NCBI GenBank assembly: GCA_024278335.1
Contig: JAJRTJ010000001.1
Span: forward strand, 26,481-90,480
DNA from: an archaeon
GTDB lineage: Archaea > Nanobdellota > Nanobdellia > Pacearchaeales > GW2011-AR1
Direction: 5' to 3'
DNA: 64,000 nucleotides
In this document: positions 37,070 through 44,815 of the stretch, piece by piece
Layout: each line of letters starts with the position of its first letter
Numbering within the stretch: position 1 is the stretch's first letter
Translations under genes and position numbers: made by a program
Notes under the pieces: model-generated
What the model was told of the DNA's origin: nothing
Databases searched by the model: none
Seen by the model: the letters and a program-made list of their open reading frames with translations, nothing else

Positions 37070-37291
37070 TTATTCTTTTATTTTTTTAATCAGCCATAGG
37101 ACTAAAAGACCCAAAATAAGAACTATTAAAATTCCAATAAGCCATCCAAAAAACATTCCAATTGGACCGTATGAGCCATACATTGCGCCCATCATCCAGT
37201 CATGATGAGAATAGTCGTCTCCTCCAATGTTGGCAGATACGAAACTGATTAAAACTAACAAAGTCCCGGCAAAGCTCCATAGTTTTTTCAT
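37070..37291 (-). CDS. Small secreted/membrane His-Met-rich protein
   Basis: The start at ATG 37291 has an AGGAGG RBS. Sequence: MKKLWSFAGTLLVLISFVSA...DDYSHHDWMMGAMYG...C-terminal TM. Confidence 0.55.
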   Translation of the reverse strand: MKKLWSFAGTLLVLISFVSANIGGDDYSHHDWMMGAMYGSYGPIGMFFGWLIGILIVLILGLLVLWLIKKIKE

Positions 37292-37295
37292 TATA

Positions 37296-37607
37296 TCAAA
37301 TTCCTCCTTTTGATTTTTTATTTTTGAAGTGTTTAATGGCGTCTTTAAGCACACACCAGCAAAAATTCCCAGACAAAGAATAATATTTCTCTCTCCCTTT
37401 TTTTTCATAATTAATTATATTTAAACTATCCAATAATTTTAATTGATGTGACACTGCAGAAAGGGTTATATTTTCTTTTAGGTCTTTGTGAATTTGGTTT
37501 ACTGTTTTATCTCCCTCTACCAATAATGAAATTATTTGAAGTCTTGTTTCATCTGCTAATGCAGAAAAAAATCCGGTTAATCTCTTGTTTAATTTTTTAC
37601 TTTTCAT
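37296..37607 (-). CDS. ArsR/SmtB-family metalloregulator
   Basis: LADETRLQIISLL...VNQIHKDLK...LSAVSHQLKLL wHTH. Confidence 0.85.
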   Translation of the reverse strand: MKSKKLNKRLTGFFSALADETRLQIISLLVEGDKTVNQIHKDLKENITLSAVSHQLKLLDSLNIINYEKKGREKYYSLSGNFCWCVLKDAIKHFKNKKSKGGI

Positions 37608-37645
37608 AAAATTTAATAGTTGAACAACTATTTAAATGTTTCTAT

Positions 37646-38143
37646 CTACTTTATCTCACATGTTTCACATTTATTTAGACTCTTTATTGTAAGATATGTT
37701 GCTATGATAAGAATAATTATTGATAAAACTCTTAACTCCATCCCTTTATACGGAAAATACATTAATGCTAAAGGCGACCCTATTAATCCAAAAAGAACTG
37801 CTCCGCAAGTAGGGCACCCTGCTCCAAATGCCCCCACAAGTGCTCCAACAAATCCAAAAAAGCCAAAAGAGTTTTTCCTTAATTTTTTGCTTGCTTCATA
37901 TTTATAGATAATAACACTTAGATAAATTCCAAATAAAGCAGAGATTATAGCAAAGCTAAGAAGGCTAAAATAAGTAAAATTATATCCTGACATCATAATA
38001 TAAATTTTCAGGCTGTTGTCAGCAATTTTGGCTACAGTCAGCTGATAAAAAATAATGAATGAAATTATTGCAGTAATCAAACTAATATAAACATACTTTT
38101 TGTTTTTGTAGATTCTTTTTAGTGTTTCAAACATTTTATTCAT
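37646..38143 (-). CDS. 4-TM membrane protein with intramembrane CPTC and C-terminal CETCE
   Basis: GALVGAFGAGCPTCGAVLFGLIGSP lies in a predicted TM segment; the sequence ends ...NKCETCEIK. Confidence 0.55.
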   Translation of the reverse strand: MNKMFETLKRIYKNKKYVYISLITAIISFIIFYQLTVAKIADNSLKIYIMMSGYNFTYFSLLSFAIISALFGIYLSVIIYKYEASKKLRKNSFGFFGFVGALVGAFGAGCPTCGAVLFGLIGSPLALMYFPYKGMELRVLSIIILIIATYLTIKSLNKCETCEIK

Positions 38144-38387
38144 AATATTTAAGGCAATACCAAGTTTCTTTATCGTGTCTTAGGTTTTTCTTCCATTCTT
38201 CTAAATCATTTTCGTATTCTGGAAGCCGGCAGTCTTCTGGGAGGTCTTTAGACCTATACCAAGCAAGAGCATCTTCTTGTTTTATATTCTTAGAATTTGA
38301 GGAAATAACAAGGGTAACAATTAAGCTTCCAGCTATTAAAAGCAAAAAAATTCCAATTGCAATTTTATCAAGTATTTTTCTTTTCAT
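38136..38387 (-). CDS. Small membrane-anchored protein, paralog A (PEDCRLPEYE...YCLKYY)
   Basis: 83 aa with an N-terminal TM. It shares a conserved block with the adjacent 38384..38656 ORF. Confidence 0.55.
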   Translation of the reverse strand: MKRKILDKIAIGIFLLLIAGSLIVTLVISSNSKNIKQEDALAWYRSKDLPEDCRLPEYENDLEEWKKNLRHDKETWYCLKYYE

Positions 38388-38656
38388 TTAGATTTTCCTG
38401 TATCTTGATAATATTTTAAACAATACAAGGTATTTTGGTGGTGGCTTAGATGCTCTTTCCAAGATTTGACATTTGTTTCATATTCAGGAAGCCGGCAGTC
38501 TTCTGGAATATTTTCTGCACGATATTTTTCTAATTCTGGATTTTTTACTTCAACCACACTTTTCCCGCTGATTTTTAAATATCCTGCAAACAAGCTTCCG
38601 ATTAATAAAAACACAAATATTCCTGCACTTGCATAAGTTATTTTTTTATTTTTCAT
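38384..38656 (-). CDS. Small membrane-anchored protein, paralog B (PEDCRLPEYE...YCLKYY)
   Basis: 90 aa with an N-terminal TM. Tandem paralog with a 4-nt ATGA overlap to the next gene. Confidence 0.55.
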   Translation of the reverse strand: MKNKKITYASAGIFVFLLIGSLFAGYLKISGKSVVEVKNPELEKYRAENIPEDCRLPEYETNVKSWKEHLSHHQNTLYCLKYYQDTGKSK

Positions 38657-39089
38657 TTTTTGATTTATGTTTTTTTACTTGATAATAAATAATTGCAATT
38701 CCAAGAGCATTTGATATTATCCCAAACCAGAGAAAATAAGGTATGTATTTTGTTAAAATCATTAATCCGGAAAATCCAACCAGTGCTCCTAAAAAAGGAA
38801 GTATGTTTATTAGATAGTGGCTGCAGCAGAGAATCATGCTGAATGTAGAAATTCCTCCAGAAGCAATAGTTGTTGAACAGCTAAGAGCATTTAAACTTTT
38901 AAAATAAACAAACAATCCCACCTGAAGGCCGAATCCTCCAATAAGAAGAATTAATAAAATAAAGTATCTTTTAATAATTTCAACAGCCATTAAAGGAAAC
39001 CCAAGCAAAGATAAAACAATTAAATTAACAAGTAAGACTCCGATTACTGCAAGGCCTCCCCATAACACTGCTTTTATTTTTAAATCCAT
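38646..39089 (-). CDS. 4-TM membrane protein with SCS and CCSHY motifs
   Basis: 147 aa, hydrophobic throughout, with ...NALSCSTTIASGG...SMILCCSHYLINILPF. Confidence 0.5.
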   Translation of the reverse strand: MDLKIKAVLWGGLAVIGVLLVNLIVLSLLGFPLMAVEIIKRYFILLILLIGGFGLQVGLFVYFKSLNALSCSTTIASGGISTFSMILCCSHYLINILPFLGALVGFSGLMILTKYIPYFLWFGIISNALGIAIIYYQVKKHKSKNEK

Positions 39090-40144
39090 TTTCCTTCTTG
39101 GTATTTTTGCTTAGTTGCCTTTAAGTTTCTAAATATAAATGCCCCATCATTTTCAATTGTTCCAATTTGATTGAGAAGTTTTTTCATTCCAAAATAATCA
39201 TTAATTTCTTTAGACAAAATAATTGTAGGTATTGAAGTAATATTATATTTTTTAATTAATAATCTTCCTGCAGAATCAGACAAGTCAATTTTCTCTTCAC
39301 TTCCAATATATACTCCCAATTGTTTAAATGCATTTCCTAGCTCTGCAGGATTAAAACAATCTTCACAGCTTTGGTTGATTAAATAAGTTGCTTTTACTTT
39401 TCCTTTAATCTCCTTTGTATTTAAATCAAAGTAAGGATAAACTTTATTTGTAAAAAGCAAATAGTCTTTTTTCTCTTCAATATTTCCACCAATTGCCTTT
39501 GTTATCCACCAATACTCTTTAAATTCTTTATCTGTAAGTAAAGCTGGAAGAGATTGTATATTATTTTCTTTAATTAATTTTTTTCCTTGTTCAGAGTTTG
39601 AATCCAAGAATAGGAGGTTCTCCTTTTTCATTCCTGCTTCTTCTAATTGTTTTATAAAAGAAAAATAACTCTCGCATTCACTGCATGAACTTTCTTGTAT
39701 TTCAATTAAGTTTACAAATCCTCTTTTCTCTTCAGTAAAAAGGTCTATATATGGAACCCCGCCTTCAAATAAAATATAATCTTTTTTAATTAAGACCTGG
39801 TTTTTTTCAAAAATTTTAAGACTTATCTTTTCAATATCTCTTGATTTAATTATTAATGCAGGAATCTTTCTTACATTGTATTTTTTTATTAATTCCTGTC
39901 CTTTTTTTGATTGGTAATCCACTTCTTGCGTGTCTTTAAAATAAATGTCTTGCTCTTTTATTAGCTTAGGAATTAATTCATTCATATCAAAACAATCTCC
40001 ACATCCAGTTAAAAGAATTATTTCTGCACTCTCTTGTTTTTCATAAAAAAATTGAAAACCAAGTGACAAAATTAAAATTCCTGTCATTACTGCAATAATT
40101 AAAGTCAATGCATCTTCGTCATAAATAATTTTTTTAAATTTCAT
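39080..40144 (-). CDS. Membrane-anchored protein with three tandem thioredoxin-like CxxC modules
   Basis: N-terminal TM, then three repeats: LLTGCGDCFD...KKYNVRKIPALII, ESSCSECESY...ENNIQSLPALLL and NQSCEDCFNP...KKYNITSIPTIIL. Confidence 0.6.
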   Translation of the reverse strand: MKFKKIIYDEDALTLIIAVMTGILILSLGFQFFYEKQESAEIILLTGCGDCFDMNELIPKLIKEQDIYFKDTQEVDYQSKKGQELIKKYNVRKIPALIIKSRDIEKISLKIFEKNQVLIKKDYILFEGGVPYIDLFTEEKRGFVNLIEIQESSCSECESYFSFIKQLEEAGMKKENLLFLDSNSEQGKKLIKENNIQSLPALLTDKEFKEYWWITKAIGGNIEEKKDYLLFTNKVYPYFDLNTKEIKGKVKATYLINQSCEDCFNPAELGNAFKQLGVYIGSEEKIDLSDSAGRLLIKKYNITSIPTIILSKEINDYFGMKKLLNQIGTIENDGAFIFRNLKATKQKYQEGKWI

Positions 40145-40626
40145 TCTTTACAGCAGTCTAATAATTTTTTAATTGATTCAGAGATTTTAGACAATTTTGA
40201 TTCTGCAATATTGCCTTTTTTTGATAGGCTGTTGCCTCCAACCCCATTTATTGTCCAGAACAGGCTATAAAGATTAAATGAGTCATAAAACATTTCTTCA
40301 GCTTCTTCTTTTTTTCCAGAATGCAGAGATTTTATTCCAACTTCAAACAATCTCATTGATGTTGCCAAAAGATGTTTGCTGATACACCATTTTTCACTTC
40401 CATCATCTTTTTTCACTATTTTTGCAAGAAGTTTTTTTCTAAGCTCTCTTGTTTGTTCTAAAAAATCAAGAAATTTTCTTTCATTTGTTTTTAAAAAACT
40501 AAATAAAAAATGCTCTTCTAAGGAAATAAGATTCATCAATCCAATGCTCAAGTCTTCCCCAATAGAAAGGTCTAATTTGTTTTCGTTTTTTATCTTGTCA
40601 ATAAATTGTTTTAATTCCTTTTTCAT
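40141..40626 (-). CDS. Hypothetical soluble helical protein
   Basis: 161 aa with no TM segment. Both ends overlap neighbouring genes by 4 nt. Confidence 0.45.
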   Translation of the reverse strand: MKKELKQFIDKIKNENKLDLSIGEDLSIGLMNLISLEEHFLFSFLKTNERKFLDFLEQTRELRKKLLAKIVKKDDGSEKWCISKHLLATSMRLFEVGIKSLHSGKKEEAEEMFYDSFNLYSLFWTINGVGGNSLSKKGNIAESKLSKISESIKKLLDCCKE

Positions 40627-41147
40627 TTAAAAATCACCTGCAAAATAATTCCTATAATTAAAAGAAGGGAAAAGGTAATTATAATTCCTTGATAAGGAAT
40701 ACCTTTTCCTCCACGTTTTTCTTTTATTTTTTTATTTAATGAAGGGGAGATTAATGTGATGATTCCTCCGAGAAAACTGCTTGCTAAGGAATAATTAAAA
40801 GCATATGTTGTTCCGTATTCCCCTAAAAAAGGAATGTAAAGAGGGCCAATTGCTCTAAAAATTGGTAATAAAGGAAGAATTGTTGAAAAAAACACTATGA
40901 AAATGATAATTGAATTTTGAAATGGGAAGTATTTCTTCTTTATTATTCTTGAAAACCACATTCCCATTGACATTGCAAATGCCCCAATAAACAAGCCTAT
41001 AACGACTTTGCTTACTCCAAGCCACGCGGCTCCTGCAGCCGCAGCACCTGCTCCAATTGTGCAAAGAGGGCAATGCGCGCTGACAAACTCTGCTAAAGAA
41101 ATAATTAATCCTCCAAATAAAAAACTAAGTTGAGCTTTTTTTATCAT
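40623..41147 (-). CDS. Polytopic membrane protein with N-terminal HCPLC motif
   Basis: ...AEFVSAHCPLCTIGAGAAAAGAAWLG... followed by further TM segments. Confidence 0.5.
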   Translation of the reverse strand: MIKKAQLSFLFGGLIISLAEFVSAHCPLCTIGAGAAAAGAAWLGVSKVVIGLFIGAFAMSMGMWFSRIIKKKYFPFQNSIIIFIVFFSTILPLLPIFRAIGPLYIPFLGEYGTTYAFNYSLASSFLGGIITLISPSLNKKIKEKRGGKGIPYQGIIITFSLLLIIGIILQVIFK

Positions 41148-41148
41148 C

Positions 41149-41628
41149 TTAAACTTGCATGAATTCCCAAGAAGAGCCGTCTTTATTTACTGCATAAACT
41201 GTAAACTTTCCATATTTTTGTCCAGGCATTCCCGGAGAGCCAGAAGGCATTCCAGGAAGAGCTATGCCTGCAATATCTGGCTTCTCTTTCAATAATTTTT
41301 CAACTGCTTCAAGTGGAACATGCCCTTCAACAAAATAATCTCCAATAATTGTTGTATGACAGCTTGTTAGTCCCGTAGGAACCCCGTATTTTTCCTTTAT
41401 TGAATTAATATCCTGAGAAACAATTATCTTTGCATTTGAATTTCCTTTGCTTTTAAAATAGCTCCCATATATTCCGCAACATCCACAGCTTGAGGATTTG
41501 TAAATTTCAATTTTTCCATCAAAATTTTTTATTTCAGCAAATTCATTTGCTTTTAAGTTTTGAAAAATTAAAAAGCCTCCTAAGAGAAGTAAAGCTAATC
41601 CTAAGAGGTAAATTTTTTTCTTTATCAT
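41149..41628 (-). CDS. CopG/DUF411-like metal-binding protein (signal-anchored)
   Basis: SSSCGCCGIY (CxCC), LTSCHTTIIGDYFVEGHVP and GIALPGMPSGSPGMPG match the DUF411 pattern. Confidence 0.75.
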   Translation of the reverse strand: MIKKKIYLLGLALLLLGGFLIFQNLKANEFAEIKNFDGKIEIYKSSSCGCCGIYGSYFKSKGNSNAKIIVSQDINSIKEKYGVPTGLTSCHTTIIGDYFVEGHVPLEAVEKLLKEKPDIAGIALPGMPSGSPGMPGQKYGKFTVYAVNKDGSSWEFMQV

Positions 41629-41653
41629 TTTAGAAATTAAAATTTAACAAAAT

Positions 41654-41926
41654 TTAACACCCGCCAACCATGCCGCCATAACTGCTTTGTGCAGCTTGAC
41701 TTGCGCTTTTAGCAGCAGAAATTGAAGAAGCACTTGAGCTTCCGTCTCCACTGAAAAAGAGGACATATAAGACTGCTATTGCCAAAAGTGCAATCACCCC
41801 CCACAAAATAAATGTTTTCAAATCTCCTTTCATTTTACCTCCTTTTGAATCAATTTCTCCAAATTGTTCCTGATGTTCTTCATTGTTTATTTTTTCTCTT
41901 TTTTCTCCACCACAGCATCCACTCAT
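41654..41926 (-). CDS. Single-TM protein with N-terminal MSGCCGG and C-terminal GGMVGGC
   Basis: Start placed at ATG 41926, 1 nt after the upstream stop. The sequence has a TM segment, a Ser/Ala-rich linker and ends ...SSYGGMVGGC*. Confidence 0.55.
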   Translation of the reverse strand: MSGCCGGEKREKINNEEHQEQFGEIDSKGGKMKGDLKTFILWGVIALLAIAVLYVLFFSGDGSSSASSISAAKSASQAAQSSYGGMVGGC

Positions 41927-41927
41927 T

Positions 41928-42563
41928 TTAACATCCTCCAACCATTCCTCCTCCAGAGGATCGGCCTCTTTCTATTCCTCTATACTTATTGCTTGCAAGA
42001 TTGATATAATTCACTTCTATTCCCTTTTCCTTTAAAGCACGCGCTTTTTGTTCATGTATTCCAGGAAAAAATAATACTTTCCATTTTCCCATTTCTGCCA
42101 AAATTTCTTCATCACTAAACTCCTCCCCATGATTTAAGATTAAATATTTTGCAAGTCCTCTCATAGCATAACTATGAGCGCATCCGCATGCAGGTCTGCC
42201 GTCACTGAATATAACTGATTTTGCTCCACAGCAATATTCACAAGAAATTTTGCTTGCAATTGAAATATATCTTTCTAAATCTGCCCCAGTCAAAGTCAAG
42301 GTTCTGTCTAAATTTGCCATAACTGAAATTGTTTCATCTGCTAAACGAGGGTTTGCAGCACTAACCCCGTCATAAGAAATTCCTAATTCTTGTCCATAAA
42401 TTTTTGGAGTTCCTGAAGGAATTATTTCTGAAGCAGAAACAGTTTGAATCCCTGTTGAAAAATCTTCTGTAGCACTTTTCCCAATTCCATACATCAAAAG
42501 CCCTACAAGGACAACTATTGTTGCCATTTGAATGAAGAAAGTTGTCTCTTTTTTGTTTTCCAT
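41928..42563 (-). CDS. Signal-anchored Cys-rich protein (PCYCGC-like) ending in GGGMVGGC
   Basis: ISCEYCCGAKSVIFSDGRPACGCAHSYAMRGL, with C-terminus ...RGRSSGGGMVGGC*. Confidence 0.55.
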   Translation of the reverse strand: MENKKETTFFIQMATIVVLVGLLMYGIGKSATEDFSTGIQTVSASEIIPSGTPKIYGQELGISYDGVSAANPRLADETISVMANLDRTLTLTGADLERYISIASKISCEYCCGAKSVIFSDGRPACGCAHSYAMRGLAKYLILNHGEEFSDEEILAEMGKWKVLFFPGIHEQKARALKEKGIEVNYINLASNKYRGIERGRSSGGGMVGGC

Positions 42564-42704
42564 TTTATAACTGAAAAATCAAAGAATCTCCCTTATAAAT
42601 GACTTGTTAAAATAAAATCAAGAATTACCTTTCACAAGCTTTAAAAACCATCTTTAAACCCTTAAAAAGGAAAACAATAAAAACCTCTCTTTCTCATTTT
42701 TAGT

Positions 42705-43367
42705 ATGGTTCACTTCAATCCCCTTCCATCTTGGATTCTGAATTATACTTTATTCTCAGAAATAGCTTTTGCGATTATCACTTTTGCTGTTTGTTTGTAT
42801 TCCTTTAAAATTTACAAGCTTTCTGGAGAGAAAAAATCCCAGTTATTTGGATTTGCCTTTCTCTTTATTTCAATTAATTATTTTCTTCAATCTTTTCTTA
42901 CTCTTGCAGCTTTATTTAAGTTAGAGCAAAATATCTGCAGTTTAATGAAAATACAAGACTTGCAAATGCTTACTCTTTATGGAATTTATTCCCACCTTTT
43001 CTTCTTCATCATTGGTCTTATTACTCTTGTTTATATGACACTAAACATCAAAAGCATAAAAACATATATCCTTATTTTAGCAATTTCAATTGTTTCTATT
43101 TTATTTTCTTCAAATAAAATCTACATTTATTATGTCCTGGCATCAATTCTTTTGATTTACATATCTTTCTATTATCTAATGAATTATACAAAAAATAAGC
43201 AGATAAAAACCCTTCTTGTATTGATTGCATTTCTTTTTCTTTTATTTGGGAATATTCATTTTATTTTTTCAATTAATCATCAGGTCTATTACCTAATTGG
43301 GCATTTTTTAGAATTTATTGCTTATCTTTTAATCTTGTTAAATCTATTCTTGGTTTCTAGAAAATGA
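42705..43367 (+). CDS. Polytopic membrane protein, unknown function
   Basis: 220 aa with ~7 hydrophobic segments, divergent from the Cys-protein operon. Confidence 0.45.
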   Translation: MVHFNPLPSWILNYTLFSEIAFAIITFAVCLYSFKIYKLSGEKKSQLFGFAFLFISINYFLQSFLTLAALFKLEQNICSLMKIQDLQMLTLYGIYSHLFFFIIGLITLVYMTLNIKSIKTYILILAISIVSILFSSNKIYIYYVLASILLIYISFYYLMNYTKNKQIKTLLVLIAFLFLLFGNIHFIFSINHQVYYLIGHFLEFIAYLLILLNLFLVSRK

Positions 43368-43642
43368 GTAAAAAAAGAAGCAGATTGGAAGTAATACACG
43401 ATATTTTAGAAGCAATAAAAAGAAAAAATAAAATAATCAAACCAACTCACATAATGTATAAATCAAATCTTTCTCACAAAATGATGCAGTCTTATCTTAA
43501 AGAGCTTCTGGAGAAAGATTTGATTAAAGAAATAAATGATTCTGGAAAAGGCAAAACTTTTTCTCTGACTCAAAAGGGAATTGAATATCTTGACCAATAT
43601 AAAAAAATGATTGGATTTATGGATTCTTTTGGGTTGTATTAG
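43364..43642 (+). CDS. Small winged-helix DNA-binding protein
   Basis: 92 aa. EVIHDILEAI...THIMYKSNLSHKMMQSYLKELLEKDLIKE...SLTQKGIEYL resembles archaeal wHTH (HTH_45-like) proteins. Confidence 0.5.
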   Translation: MSKKRSRLEVIHDILEAIKRKNKIIKPTHIMYKSNLSHKMMQSYLKELLEKDLIKEINDSGKGKTFSLTQKGIEYLDQYKKMIGFMDSFGLY

Positions 43643-43736
43643 ATAAATATTTTAGACCTTTGCTAAAATTGAGATTAAAAGGTGTTAGTAGAAATAAAAA
43701 TCAATTTTCTTGCCCACCCTAAATTTGTGCGTATGC

Positions 43737-44555
43737 TCACTTAAATTTATTTAGATACTTATTATCCATTAGTGTTCCAATCTTGGACAATCTTTCCAAA
43801 CTTTCTTTCGAAAACTTATTTTTCTTTAGAGATTCCAAATCTTCTTTCACTTTTTCTTTTGCCACATTGTTTGTTTTTAATGTTGTAACAATGTGTTTTT
43901 TATCTAAAATTTTGAACTTTTGATTTATTCCTTTGATGAAAACAGCCTTCCTATCAAATTTAACTCCATAAACATCTGCTATCAATTTGTATCTTGCATA
44001 ACTTTTTAAGGGTTTATTTTCCCGCGGATAATGTATCACTTTAAACCCCTTTTTATTTAGCAAACTTCTAATTATTGCAAGAGGCAACCCCATTTTTCCT
44101 CCAATTGGTTCAAATGTAATTGTCCAGTCAAATTCATTTTCTTTTTTCGGAACATTCACATAGTTTGCACAAGTAAATTTTAAGATATTCTTGTTTTTTC
44201 CAAACTTTCTTCTAGCAAAATTTACTAGTGTTTTGGATAGTTCACTATAAATTACCTTACACCCTGCTTTCGCAATAGCATTTGTCCAATCCCCATAATA
44301 TCCAGCAATAGTTAGAATTTTATCTTTTTTATCTAATCCGATTTTCTTTAGCAGATGTTTATCATTAACAATAGTATGTTGGCTTCTGGCTGTTTTCTTT
44401 TTCCACACCTTTCGGTTTCCTTTCTGTTTTTGAATTGCAGAAACCTTCCACGCTTCTGCCTCTTTCAAAATTTTCTGAAGATTTGGAATTAACATTTTAC
44501 CTCTTTTTAATAAAGAGATATAATCATTTAATAAGTTTTCTAGACGCACACGCAT
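43737..44555 (-). CDS. Hypothetical protein (possible Rossmann-fold methyltransferase-like)
   Basis: ILTIAGYYGDWTNAIAKAGCKVIYSELS weakly resembles SAM-MTase motif I. Confidence 0.35.
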   Translation of the reverse strand: MRVRLENLLNDYISLLKRGKMLIPNLQKILKEAEAWKVSAIQKQKGNRKVWKKKTARSQHTIVNDKHLLKKIGLDKKDKILTIAGYYGDWTNAIAKAGCKVIYSELSKTLVNFARRKFGKNKNILKFTCANYVNVPKKENEFDWTITFEPIGGKMGLPLAIIRSLLNKKGFKVIHYPRENKPLKSYARYKLIADVYGVKFDRKAVFIKGINQKFKILDKKHIVTTLKTNNVAKEKVKEDLESLKKNKFSKESLERLSKIGTLMDNKYLNKFK

Positions 44556-44593
44556 TATTAATTTTCCCCTCTGAAAATTGATTTTTACTCTTC

Positions 44594-44788
44594 GCCAGCC
44601 CTTCGGGACATTGCATTCTGGCTCGGTTTTTTCTGCGAAAAAACTCTACTAACAGCGATTAAAACTCTGCTCACTTGCAGTTCGCTACGCCCTCACTTTT
44701 CAGCTCGTCGCTTCATTCCATTCCGCTCCAGAGGAAAAGTTCGGGGAAATAAATCCTGCGGATTTACTTCTCTTAATCGCAATGTTAG
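44594..44788 (+). ncRNA. Candidate structured RNA in a GC-enriched 260-bp intergenic region
   Basis: GCCAG-(CCCTTCGGG...)-CTGGC at 44594-44622. GTTTTTT-CTGCG-AAAAAAC at 44626-44644. A long-range 14-bp helix pairs CTAACAGCGATTAA (44649-62) with TTAATCGCaaTGTTAG (44773-88). It encloses CCCTCACTTTTC/GAAAAGTTCGGGG (44690-44746) and TAAATCC-TGC-GGATTTA (44750-66). Strand is uncertain. Confidence 0.4.
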
Positions 44789-44815
44789 TTACAATTTCCT
44801 ATTCAATAATTGATT

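Noticed and set aside
44556-44815. RNase P RNA, because GAGGAAAAGTTCGGGG resembles CR-I, or SRP RNA, because of the GGAATGGAATGAAGC segment on the minus strand.
   Set aside because: I found no CR-IV/CR-V (ACAGAA...GGCUUA-like) partner for a P4 helix. No GNAR/GNRA-capped helix 6 or helix 8 geometry could be drawn. The region is too short. It is kept only as an unclassified structured-RNA candidate.
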